From: Candidatus Iainarchaeum sp.
GTDB taxonomy: Archaea > Iainarchaeota > Iainarchaeia > Iainarchaeales > GCA-2688035
DNA: 64,000 bases
Direction of reading: 5' to 3'
NCBI GenBank assembly: GCA_017610175.1
Contig: JAFCCO010000001.1
Location: 86,213-150,212, forward strand
Part shown: positions 37,660-47,900 of the stretch, one piece after another
Numbering within the stretch: the stretch's first letter is position 1
How the letters are laid out: each line of letters begins with the position of its first letter
The notes under the pieces: generated by a model
The model's input: the letters and a program-made list of their open reading frames with translations, nothing else
Databases searched by the model: none
Told to the model about the DNA's origin: nothing
Program-made: the position numbers and the translations under genes

Positions 37660-40600
37660 TTAAGACGCGCCTATGCAGTCTGCTTCTGCCTTGCTTCTTT
37701 CGCCTGCAAGCTCTTCAAGGATTACCTTTGGGTTCCAGAAGAACTGGTTGCTTATCCTGTTGTCTGAACCGATTAGGCAGACCTTTCCTTCGCTTACAAG
37801 GTCGAATACATCCTCTACCGAATCAATACTGCTTGAGCCATAGCTGTTGAACTGCATTCCGGGAACTCCGTTCAATGCAATCTGTGTGCCTATGTTGTCA
37901 ACTGCGATTAAGGCCATTTCGTCTGAGTATGATCTTCTCTGCATCAGGCTGCTTGTGTTCTGTGGTGTGAAAACAACACTTTGCAGGTAGGTGTTTCCCT
38001 TCCTGATTGGGTTGCACCATTCAATTCCGTAATCCTGAATATCTGTTCCTCTTGCACAGCTTATGTTTGCCGTTACCCCTCCGTGCACGTCCCAAGTGTT
38101 CTGCCATGCGTCAAGCATTGGGCTGTCCTCAAAGTCGCGGCAGTTTGTTCCAACCCCGTCCCATGGGATCATCTTTGAGAATGCCGTTTCTGGGCTTCCT
38201 CCAACTTCAATAGAGTAGAATCCGTAAGCGTCCTCTCCCTCTCCGTAACCAACCTTCATCATTATTGGGGTGGCGTAGCTTGGGCTGAGCACAATATTTG
38301 TTTCGTCTGCTCCTGCCTGCACATCAAGCAGTATTCCCCTTCTGTCAATGTTCAGTCTCCTGAAGTCATCGTTGAATCCTGCGTTAACCCATCCTCCGAA
38401 TACAGGGGTGCTTGCCGCAAGGTTTGTTGAAACAACCAGGTGGTCTGATTCGCTGTTGATGCTGATTGTTTCCTCGCTTGTTTGCCTGAAATTAACTCCG
38501 TATCCCTGCCTTCCGTTAAGTGAATCCGCCCCAATCCTTCCGTCAAACGGCAGGTAGTAGAACGGGCTGTCGGGTTCAGGCATGCTGAGCTGTGACATTC
38601 TAACCTTTACAACAGCATCAGGCTGTCCGTTTGAGAAGAATTCCCAGTTGTCGTTGTTGAATTCAACGTCAAGGGTAATTTCGTACTTTCCGGCCTGCAG
38701 CGGTGAGTGCGGTGCCTGTGCATAATCAAATATGAAGTTGTCCCCGCTTGAGAAATATTTTCCAAAGCTGTCGTCTCCCTCGTAGTACCACGCCGGGCAG
38801 TCGAAGAAGCTCTGGTGCACGCAGAACTCGTGGAAGTCGGCCCTGAAATCGTTTGTGTATGCATCTCTTATGAGGAATGCGTTGAATTTCAGCAGTTTTA
38901 GCATTTCTTCCTTGTCTGCACTGCTCCAGGCGTTGTTTCCTGCAACCTCTGTTGCCTCAAGGAACTGCTTGAACCTTAGGGTTGTGTATGGCTCGCATTC
39001 CTCTATTCCAAGCTCTCCCATTATTAGCGTTGTGCTTATGCTGTCTGAGTCCTCGTCATTGTTTTCGCAGTCCGGGCAAAGCGTTGGCACGATTATTGCC
39101 TCTGTTTTGTATGACCCTGCCGGCACTCCCGTGAACAGGCAGTCAACTATTTCCCTGCTTATGAGCTCAATTTCCTTTGTGCAGCTTTTTACAAGCGCGT
39201 CTGTTTCCGCGTTCTTTATGTTAATTGTTACCTCAACCGCCATTGCCTTGTTGTTGTTGCTTTCAACGGTTGCAAATATGTTTGCGTCGTTGTTGACCTT
39301 TCTTGCCTGGATTTTTGTTAGTGCGACATCTGCAACTGTTGAAATGATTGGCCTTTCTTTTACAGATGAGGCGCTTCCCGGGCTTGGGCAGTCAAACGGT
39401 TTGTTTTCCTGGATGAATTCCTGCAGTTTCTTTACCTTGCGTAGCAATTCAATGCTGAACTGTGTTGCATCACAGTATATGTAATCGTCATTTCCCTCGT
39501 CGCAGGTATCAATGTTTATGCTGTCCCAGTCCCATTTGAACAAAACCTTTGGAACTGCCGCTTTCCCTGTGACCCCAACTTTGGTTCCAAGCTTGCAGTT
39601 CGGAATTGGCCCCGGCTCTTTCTGCGCTTCAAGCGGGTTGAAGGCGTTGAGCTGTATCTTGAATCTTTGTGAGTATGCGTCCCTTGACTCTTCCTCAATT
39701 TCTTCAGGCCTTGTTTCTTCGTCAAACTCATATTCGGTCACATAATTGATCCTTTCACCGCTTACTTTCAGTGTCCTATAAATTGGTGTTGCAGGGTCAG
39801 GCTGCACAACCCCTGTTGTGTTAATAACGTCAAGCCTTGTGTATTCCACATTGAGCCTTTCGTTTTCGCGGTTTGGCTCGGTGTATGATTCGTCCCGCAG
39901 TTGTACTATTATGTCCTCGCTTGGCACTTCCTCTATTGTGGTTTCGGTTTCCTCACCTTCTCCCTCAATAGTGAGCAATGCCCCTGGCAGGAACAGTTCT
40001 GCGGTGTGAACCTCAATGTCCCTCAAAATCTCTGTGAATGTAAATGTTCCGTCTTCCTGCTGTGAGTAAGCCCAGAGCGTTCCCATCAAAAAGCCCTGAA
40101 TGCCCCAGCTTGCAAAGCTTGGCGGGCCCATTATTCCCTTTGCAATTCCACCAACCATTCCGCCCATCATGCCCTGTCCAATTCCTGAACCGATCGACTG
40201 CGCTGCGCCTGTTGCAAGGCCTGTTGGCCCTAGGATTGGCTCGTCTGATGGGGCGGCATAATCAGTTCTTGGGAGTTGTGGTTGTTCAACAGGGGGTTTT
40301 GGTTGTTCAACTGGGGCTGCTGGTTGTTGTACTGGCGGACTAACTGGTTTTGGTACAACTGCAGGGGCTGCAGGCTTGTCTCCGCCCGCTTCCAATCCTC
40401 CAAGTATTCCTTTATCTGTTATTCGGACTCCTTTTTTGTCGCGCCAGTCCTCGCCATCATAAATGTATTCTCGCCCTCCAAATGTTCTTTTAATTTCCTT
40501 GCCGCCGCCTTTTGCTGCGTCTTTTGCGGCGCCTGTAAAGAAGCTGCTTCCTTCACCCATTGCTGAGAATCCACCTGCAAGGCCCATTGCGAGGCCCACA

Positions 40601-43600
40601 ATTGCGCCTGTTTTCATGGCGTCCATCCAGCTGTGCTCGTCCCATTCAACGGTTATTTCAACTGCCTTGTCGTAGCAGTTGTTGATTACCTCTGATGTGT
40701 CAAACCCATCTGTTGCGTTTGCAGGGTCATCAAACACTTCGAACTCGTATTTTGTCAAATCAAGGCATTTGCCACTAAAGATTCTTGCCCTCACCGTTTT
40801 GACCAGTTTTTTCTGTGTCTGGTCCGAGCCCTTTGCGTAAATGTTTATTGGGTACTGTCCTGGAATGTTTCTTTCCGCATACACTTCAATCTCTTTTGAC
40901 TCGTCAGATGTCATTGAAAGGGTCCTTTTTGAAAGGGTCAGTTCTGATTCAAGTGTTATTTGGGTCTGTGGCCCGCAGTTTCCAAGTGTTTCAATGTTGA
41001 ATACGTCGCTTTTCCTTGGGGCAATTATCAAAACTTCCTTGTCAACGTATATGCAGTCCACAAGGTTTGCGGTGGTCAGCTCTGCCAGAAGCTTGTCTGT
41101 TAAAAGCTGCACTTTTGCGTCCGTTGGGTTGCCTGCCTGAAAGATTATTTCCGCGTTTGCTATTCCGTCTATTGCGGCGTCAGGCATGAATGAGAGTACA
41201 ACCGAGATTGTTTCCCCTTCGGCAAGCCTTGCCGCAAATTTCCTGAAGTAACCGCTTCTAAGTTCTATTGCCGCCTGCTCGGTTCTTAGTTCAAATTGCC
41301 CCACACTATTGCCCTGCCATGCGACCTTTACCTCAATGTCCTTTAATTCAACAGGGTTGCCTTCTTTTGCGCAGTTGTTTTGCACTTCAAACTCAACTTC
41401 AATGGGGTTTCCTTCTGTAAAGCCCTTCCATTCCTTCTTTGTTATGCTAAAGCACGTGGGGTCTGTTACCTCGCCTCCCAATCCAATGCTTACAGTTGTT
41501 GGAACGTTAAATTCCCACAGTGAACCGTATGCGCTAAGCCCTACCTGGAGCTCTCCCTGCAGTGTTTTTGCTTCTGAAACCTGTTTTCCGGCATCGCTTA
41601 GGAATGCTTTCAGGCTGTATTCCCTTTCTGCCCCTGCCTTGATTGTTTCGCCTTCAAATGTGAAGAGCCAGTTTCTGATGCGTTCCTCGTCAAGCAAATT
41701 GCGGAACCGCCCGTCCAGTTCAAGGCTTGATATTTTAACGTCAAAGCTTGACAGGTTTTCAATTGTGAATTTCTTTTCGCCCTCTGGGTCTGTTGCAACG
41801 TTTAGCGAGATTCCGAGCCTTGACGGCTTTATTGAGACAATTTCCTCGTTTACCCCAAGTTCCCTTTCGTAGAGTTCAAAGTCAAGCTTTTCAATCTGAA
41901 GCTTTAGTTTTTCTCCGGGGGAAAGTGCTGGCAGTGTAAGTATTGCGATTCCCTTGCTGTTGGATGTCTTTTCCGCCAGAACGTCTCCAAACTTGTCCCT
42001 TACTTTTACTGTTGCGTCTGCAACTTCAAGGCCTGCCTGGTTTTTCACGGTAACTGTTATCTTGTTTTCAATTCCGCTTGGAAGAAGTTCCGGCACAACA
42101 ACTGTTTCAAACCTGTTTGCGGCAGTTACCCCTATTGTGATTGTTTTTGAGAATACAATTCTTTGCCCTGACCTAATTTCTATCAGAAGCGGGGCTGTTC
42201 CAGACTGGTTTGGTGTGAAGTTAACGCGCCCGGTTGCGCTTCTGTTGGGCAGCAAATCCCCGATTGGAATCCAACCTGTTTCGTTGTCGTTTGCCTCTCC
42301 GGGGATTGTTGTTCCCTGTGCGCCGGTAATTTCGTAATCGTTTATCAAAAGCGAGTCGTTTTCGTTAACAAGCCTGATTTCTGCCCCAAGGTATGAGTCT
42401 GTTTCAAACTCCGAGTTGTTGAGAATGCTGAAGTTGAGCTTGTATTCCCTGAATATTTTTCCCGTAAAAGACTCTGAAACGCTTTGTGCAAGCCCTTCTG
42501 AGAGGTCAAGAATGTTTGCCGAGAAGCAGAACTGCTCGTCACAAACGGTTTCTGTCCCAACCTGGAAAACTTCCCTGTGGGTGTTTGCGTAAAGTGATTC
42601 TGAAACCCCGTCCACGCTTCCAAGCACTTCATCAATCGGGTTTCTTACAAATTCGCTGTCCTGTTCAGCCCACGCCCTGTAGTGGATTGACAGTTCGTCC
42701 TCGACTTCTGCGGTTTCCTTTACTTCAATCTCCACTTCCACGTCGGTTAGGCCTGTTGCAAAGTTTCTGATAATAATGTTTGCCCACTTGGCTTTGTCAC
42801 TGCTTATGTGTTCGGAGTCAACGTCGTATCCGTTTTCGGGGCTGTAGGATGTTGCCTTGATTATTCCGGCTTCCCCCGGGACGTTCAATTCTTTTATCAC
42901 AAGCTTGTCAAGTTCCATTATTTTCTTGTCGCCTGTTCTTACATGCATTCCGATTGATTCATAATTTGTGTTTGCAGGAACCCTTAGCTGGAACATTGCC
43001 TTATATCTTCGCCCTGGCGCAAGCACTGAAACGATTTTTCCCTGCTTGTTGAAAATGCCCTTGAATTCAACCTTTATGTCCCCTGAAATTATCTCTTTTT
43101 CAAGAACCGCTGTGATTTCCTGCACTCCGTTTGGTGGAACTGAGTAAATCAGGGATGTGTAGTTTGTGTACCCCTTTTTGCTTGCGATTATGTAAATTTT
43201 CTTGTCCGCGCGGGTGGTAAGGTCAAGCGTGCCGTTTATGTCTTCCACCGGCTTGCTTCCCCCTCCAACAATTTTGTCTCCCACAACTTCGATGAATGCA
43301 ACTGTTGCAAACTGAAGCGGGTTTCCGTCCTCATCTAGCACGCGTGCCCTAATTGTTCCGTCCGGAACCGTTAAGACAACGGTTACAATTGTTTTGTCCG
43401 CAGCCCTTTCAATAAAGTGCTCCACTTCGCTCCATCCTGAGCTTGATGCCTTGAATGCAAATGCCTTGTAGTCCCCTGACTTCACGCCCTTAAAGCTTGC
43501 GATTCCGTTTATGTCCGTTGTCTGGTTTTGGAACCCAAGGGAGAAGCCGTCCGGGCTGTGCAGTGAAACTGTTGTGTTTTTCACAAGCCTTCCTGTCTGG

Positions 43601-44871
43601 TCAATTACCTTTACCTTCATTGTTCCGCCGCATGCAGGGGTGTATGGCTCAAGTTCTATTGTTTGCACAGAGTCACTTATGCTTACCTTAACCGTTCCAA
43701 GGCAGTAGTCTTCGTGGTCGATTAGTGCGGTGTATTCAACATCTTCGGTTACTGTAAATGTCACTTTGCCGTCTGAGTTTGTGTTGCGTGCAGGGGCTGC
43801 GTCCTCCACACCTTTTTTCAGGCTAACCAGCGCATCTGTTATTTCATCATTGTTTCTTTCGTTTACAATCTTAAGCTTTATTTCCCCAACAATGTTTTGT
43901 TCAAGTTCAAGTATAACCGTTTCAGAGGAGTCAACAACAATTGAGAAGACCGCGCTTTGGGTGCTTCCAAAGCCGCCTGTTCCCGCTGTTTTAACATAGT
44001 AGTCCCCTGCAGGCTTTGAGAATATTGCAATCCCGTTTGCGGTTGTCTGGGAGTCAATTGGCCCTGAACCTGATAATTCCCCTGTGTCCTTGTAGAGGTA
44101 AACTGTTTCTGTTTCGGATATTATTTGCCCGTCCGCTTTCAGTTCAACCCTAACGCTTCCTGTTGCCTCGGCAGGGGCTGAAAGGTAAATTGTTTGTGTT
44201 CCGCTTGTAATTTCAATGCTGCTTTTTGGGTCAAAGCTGTCCGATTCCACGCTTGCAATTAATCCGTTGCATCCTGCGGGTTCAATAACTGTTACCTGCC
44301 CGTTGGAAACTTCTATGCTGCTTGGTGCCTGCACATCTGAGTTTTTGCATGCAAAATGCAGTGTAACAGGCTCCCTTATTGGCTGGCTGTATTCGTCCTT
44401 TAGCAGGATATTAAGCTCTCTTGTCAGGATTTCGTTTAAGTAGAATTTTTTTGTAAGGCTTGCGCTCTCAAGGGTCACATAATCGGTTGTTTTTTCATAG
44501 CCCTCTTTTGAAATCTCCACGTCCAAACTGGCTCCGAGCGCCAATAAAATCGGGTCTGTTTCCCCGAGTTCGTTTGTTGTGCCTGTAAATACCACTTCAT
44601 CATTGAAGATTACTTTGACTGCAGCATTGGGCAAAGGGTTGTCGTCTTGGTCAAGAACCTGTACTGCAAAAGAGCTTTGGCCTGTTCCCGCAAAGAATCC
44701 AATAACTGCCCCGAGGGCAACAATTGCAACAAGGGCAAGCAATAGTGCAAAGCTTGGGGCGATTTTGTCAATCGGCTCTATTACCTTGTAGACCGGGACT
44801 TTCTCGTCAATTTTGTCAAGGAGTCCGTACCACTTGTCTTCCCAGGAATAATATAGGTCGTTTAAGTTCAT
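37660..44871 (-). CDS. Giant membrane-anchored surface protein, paralog 3 (2403 aa)
   Basis: Same N-motif and Ig-like arm; glycine zippers flank a Pro-rich insert; CDATQF, FYYLPFDG and FFWNPK blocks. Confidence 0.9.
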   Translation of the reverse strand: MNLNDLYYSWEDKWYGLLDKIDEKVPVYKVIEPIDKIAPSFALLLALVAIVALGAVIGFFAGTGQSSFAVQVLDQDDNPLPNAAVKVIFNDEVVFTGTTNELGETDPILLALGASLDVEISKEGYEKTTDYVTLESASLTKKFYLNEILTRELNILLKDEYSQPIREPVTLHFACKNSDVQAPSSIEVSNGQVTVIEPAGCNGLIASVESDSFDPKSSIEITSGTQTIYLSAPAEATGSVRVELKADGQIISETETVYLYKDTGELSGSGPIDSQTTANGIAIFSKPAGDYYVKTAGTGGFGSTQSAVFSIVVDSSETVILELEQNIVGEIKLKIVNERNNDEITDALVSLKKGVEDAAPARNTNSDGKVTFTVTEDVEYTALIDHEDYCLGTVKVSISDSVQTIELEPYTPACGGTMKVKVIDQTGRLVKNTTVSLHSPDGFSLGFQNQTTDINGIASFKGVKSGDYKAFAFKASSSGWSEVEHFIERAADKTIVTVVLTVPDGTIRARVLDEDGNPLQFATVAFIEVVGDKIVGGGSKPVEDINGTLDLTTRADKKIYIIASKKGYTNYTSLIYSVPPNGVQEITAVLEKEIISGDIKVEFKGIFNKQGKIVSVLAPGRRYKAMFQLRVPANTNYESIGMHVRTGDKKIMELDKLVIKELNVPGEAGIIKATSYSPENGYDVDSEHISSDKAKWANIIIRNFATGLTDVEVEIEVKETAEVEDELSIHYRAWAEQDSEFVRNPIDEVLGSVDGVSESLYANTHREVFQVGTETVCDEQFCFSANILDLSEGLAQSVSESFTGKIFREYKLNFSILNNSEFETDSYLGAEIRLVNENDSLLINDYEITGAQGTTIPGEANDNETGWIPIGDLLPNRSATGRVNFTPNQSGTAPLLIEIRSGQRIVFSKTITIGVTAANRFETVVVPELLPSGIENKITVTVKNQAGLEVADATVKVRDKFGDVLAEKTSNSKGIAILTLPALSPGEKLKLQIEKLDFELYERELGVNEEIVSIKPSRLGISLNVATDPEGEKKFTIENLSSFDVKISSLELDGRFRNLLDEERIRNWLFTFEGETIKAGAEREYSLKAFLSDAGKQVSEAKTLQGELQVGLSAYGSLWEFNVPTTVSIGLGGEVTDPTCFSITKKEWKGFTEGNPIEVEFEVQNNCAKEGNPVELKDIEVKVAWQGNSVGQFELRTEQAAIELRSGYFRKFAARLAEGETISVVLSFMPDAAIDGIANAEIIFQAGNPTDAKVQLLTDKLLAELTTANLVDCIYVDKEVLIIAPRKSDVFNIETLGNCGPQTQITLESELTLSKRTLSMTSDESKEIEVYAERNIPGQYPINIYAKGSDQTQKKLVKTVRARIFSGKCLDLTKYEFEVFDDPANATDGFDTSEVINNCYDKAVEITVEWDEHSWMDAMKTGAIVGLAMGLAGGFSAMGEGSSFFTGAAKDAAKGGGKEIKRTFGGREYIYDGEDWRDKKGVRITDKGILGGLEAGGDKPAAPAVVPKPVSPPVQQPAAPVEQPKPPVEQPQLPRTDYAAPSDEPILGPTGLATGAAQSIGSGIGQGMMGGMVGGIAKGIMGPPSFASWGIQGFLMGTLWAYSQQEDGTFTFTEILRDIEVHTAELFLPGALLTIEGEGEETETTIEEVPSEDIIVQLRDESYTEPNRENERLNVEYTRLDVINTTGVVQPDPATPIYRTLKVSGERINYVTEYEFDEETRPEEIEEESRDAYSQRFKIQLNAFNPLEAQKEPGPIPNCKLGTKVGVTGKAAVPKVLFKWDWDSINIDTCDEGNDDYIYCDATQFSIELLRKVKKLQEFIQENKPFDCPSPGSASSVKERPIISTVADVALTKIQARKVNNDANIFATVESNNNKAMAVEVTINIKNAETDALVKSCTKEIELISREIVDCLFTGVPAGSYKTEAIIVPTLCPDCENNDEDSDSISTTLIMGELGIEECEPYTTLRFKQFLEATEVAGNNAWSSADKEEMLKLLKFNAFLIRDAYTNDFRADFHEFCVHQSFFDCPAWYYEGDDSFGKYFSSGDNFIFDYAQAPHSPLQAGKYEITLDVEFNNDNWEFFSNGQPDAVVKVRMSQLSMPEPDSPFYYLPFDGRIGADSLNGRQGYGVNFRQTSEETISINSESDHLVVSTNLAASTPVFGGWVNAGFNDDFRRLNIDRRGILLDVQAGADETNIVLSPSYATPIMMKVGYGEGEDAYGFYSIEVGGSPETAFSKMIPWDGVGTNCRDFEDSPMLDAWQNTWDVHGGVTANISCARGTDIQDYGIEWCNPIRKGNTYLQSVVFTPQNTSSLMQRRSYSDEMALIAVDNIGTQIALNGVPGMQFNSYGSSSIDSVEDVFDLVSEGKVCLIGSDNRISNQFFWNPKVILEELAGERSKAEADCIGAS

Positions 44872-44939
44872 GCAATTCCCTTTTGTTTTTTCTTTTTTCG
44901 CCTAATTAATTATTTCTTTTTAATATTAATACCTTTGCT

Positions 44940-47900
44940 TTACTTTAGCAGCTGGGTTTTGTTCCACTGCAGGCCAAGTTTGTTGCTTTCGATTTCTGTA
45001 ATGCAGATATTTCCTGTCTTGATTTCTTTTAGCAATGAATCCAGTGAGTACTGCTCTTCTTTGTTGCCTGTTGGGGTAATTCCAACTGCCGCTGTTTTAA
45101 GTTCCTGTGTGCCTGCGACTGTGACACTTCCGGTGGGCTGCCCGCGGACGCTTGCACTGACTTTTGCCCCGCCCTGCGCGCACTTTATTTCCAGGTTGGT
45201 TTTCATTTCGTATGGTATGAACATTATTCCCTTTACACTTGTAGCTGTTGCAAGATCCTTCTTGAATCCAAAGTAGTCCTGCCCAACGCCGTTGCAGAGT
45301 TCTCTTTGTGCAACAATGTGCTGTATGCGGCTGTCCTTTCCGATTCCGCTCCATTCTATAAGTGAAGCCATTTTTTCTGTCCGGCTTGTTGAGAGAAGGC
45401 CGCCCGGCACCGGCAGGTCGTAGAGCAATCCTTCTTGCCCGTCCCTGGATACCATTTCGGCAGCAACAACCACCGGGTATGATGGCCTGAATTCAAATGT
45501 GTTCCCTGATATTGCAAGGACCTTTCCGTCTGCACTGCCTGTAACTGTGGTGTTTGTTGTAAATGTAAATTCTTTCATGGCTTCTGTTGCCGCAAGGGCT
45601 TTAACTTCAACCCTGTTTGGATCCTGTGCATCTATTCCTGTTTTGATGAACAGGGTTCTGTCTGCGTTTTTCAGGGCTGTTCCGTAGCCGACTCTTTTCT
45701 TTGCTGCATCCGCAACTTTTCCGTCGATTGGAATTTCGAACAACGGGTTCTTTGCGTAATCTGCGCTTATTTTTGCAAGCCTTTGTTCTTCCTCGAATTT
45801 GAGTTCAAATTCATCGTTTGCCCAGTTGTAGTTGATGAAAACATTGAACAGGCCAGCTTTAATGTCTCCGCTAATTTTCCATTTGGCGTATTCAACATTG
45901 TCGTATTTTGCTGCAAAGTCTGTTCTAAGTGCTGATGTGTATCCGTCCTTGATTAGGTATGCGAAGAAGTTTACGTCTTTGTCAAAGAGTTCCTTTACTT
46001 TCCAGTCACTTTTGATGTTTGCCGCTTTTTCAAACGCATTCGTTACGCTTTCCTCGTCCATCTTGTCCTTGTGCTGTTCTGCGACTGTGAACCCGTCCAT
46101 CTTTGTTAAAAGTTCCTTTAGGAAGTCCACGCTTATCGGGACATCTTTTGCAGTGGTGCTAAGGTCAACCTTGCAGCATTTTGCTTTTGTTTTATCTACT
46201 TTAGGGGCTGCATCGCTACTAAGGTCAATTGCGGTTCCTGTACAAGCCATTGCTTCAAAGCACTTGTCTTTGCTGTCTAGTGCTTTCCACATCTTGTCGT
46301 GCAGGCGCTCATATTCGTTGAGTGTTATAACATAGTCCGCAAACGGTTCTGTTGAAGTTTCAACCTTGTCTATTCCGATTGCCTCGCACTGTGCTTTGTA
46401 TTTGGCTGCGTCTTCACATGCAAGGTCTTTGCTGACTGTGGACAGTATAAGTCCTGTGTAACTGTCGTTAATCTTTCCGATTGCTTCGTTTGTTTTTGTT
46501 AAGTATTCGAACAGCTTGCTTTTGTCGGTTGGAAGTGTTGGAACATTTGCAAATGCTGCTTTGACGTTTGCAAGAATCTTTTCGTTGGTTTCACTGAGCG
46601 GCTTTCCGTCTGTTCCAAGGAAGAATGCAATTTTCTTGTCCTTTACATCCTCGTCTACGACAATCTGCTTTTTGGCCCACCTGAACAGGTTTTCGGTGTT
46701 CTTGATGTTTGTAAGGTCGTTGCCTGATTTGCCTGTTGCGGCCTTTACAACCTCTTCGTTGTTGATAAGTTCAGTTTCCCACTTCTCGCTGCCGGTTTTA
46801 ATCTTGTCCTTAATTTCTTTTGCCTTCTTGTTTACTTCAATGCTGAATTGCACTGCATCACAGAAGGTGTTTATTGCTTCCAGTCCGTCTTTTCCTGCAA
46901 TTCTGTCGCAGATATATTTGTCGTCGTGGAGGTCTTTGCTCCAGTCCCACTTAATCTTGTCAAAGCCGTATTTGGTGTATATTGCGCTTCCGCTTTGTCC
47001 CTGCGGGCAGGCAATTATTTCGCCGTTTGTTGGTGGCTTTGGTCCGACTGTTCCAATTTGTGCTGTTTCACAGCCTACCACGCTGTCTGATCCAATTTTG
47101 AAATCCTTGTGCAAAACATTGAGTTTTAGCGGGATGCTGAATTCTCTGGGTGCTGGCCAGCAGTCTCTCTTGAGTTTTGCGGTGATTGAGGTGCTTATTT
47201 TTGCGCATTTGTAGGGGAGTGCGCTTGCGTCAATCTTGATTGCAATATTGTGGCCGCTGTCTGTGATTGAGGGGGTAAGTTTAACTCCGCCCGAGTCCGA
47301 TTGGGCTATTGAAACTTCAATTATCCTGTCGTTGAATCCGCACAGGTTTCTTGCAAGCTTCATCATCTTGGGTGCGGGCTCCACTGTTCCTCTCCCTCCG
47401 GGGATGTTCTTTTGCGGCACAAACCCTGTTGGGGTACTGCCTGCGTAAACTTTTGTAAAGTCAAGTGCATCTGTGTTTATGCATGCAAGGGGGTCGTTTA
47501 GCCAGCAGCTTCCGTCACCAGTCATTCTTTCCGCAAGTTCACCCTGTGGGTTTTGCTTTGCCGCATTCTTTATGCATGCATCAATTGTTTCGCCAAGGCC
47601 CCATGTGTCCTGGAGCATTACTCGGAAGAATGCTGTGTCTGATTGTCCGAATGCAGTGCTGTACTTAACTTGAGCGCTTGCCCTTATTGTCGTCCTGTAG
47701 TAAGCGCTTGATGCGGTCATTCTCAGCCCAAAGAGGGACTGGAACGGCAATTCTCCTGAGGTCTGGCAGAGTTGCTGCCTGTACTGTATGTTTGGCTTTA
47801 CTTCGTATTCAATAATTTGGATTGTTTTTCCGTCCTCGCCTGTTTGCTTGGTTTCGTCGTTGATGTAAACTCCGCTTATAACCGGGCATGCCCCTTCCGT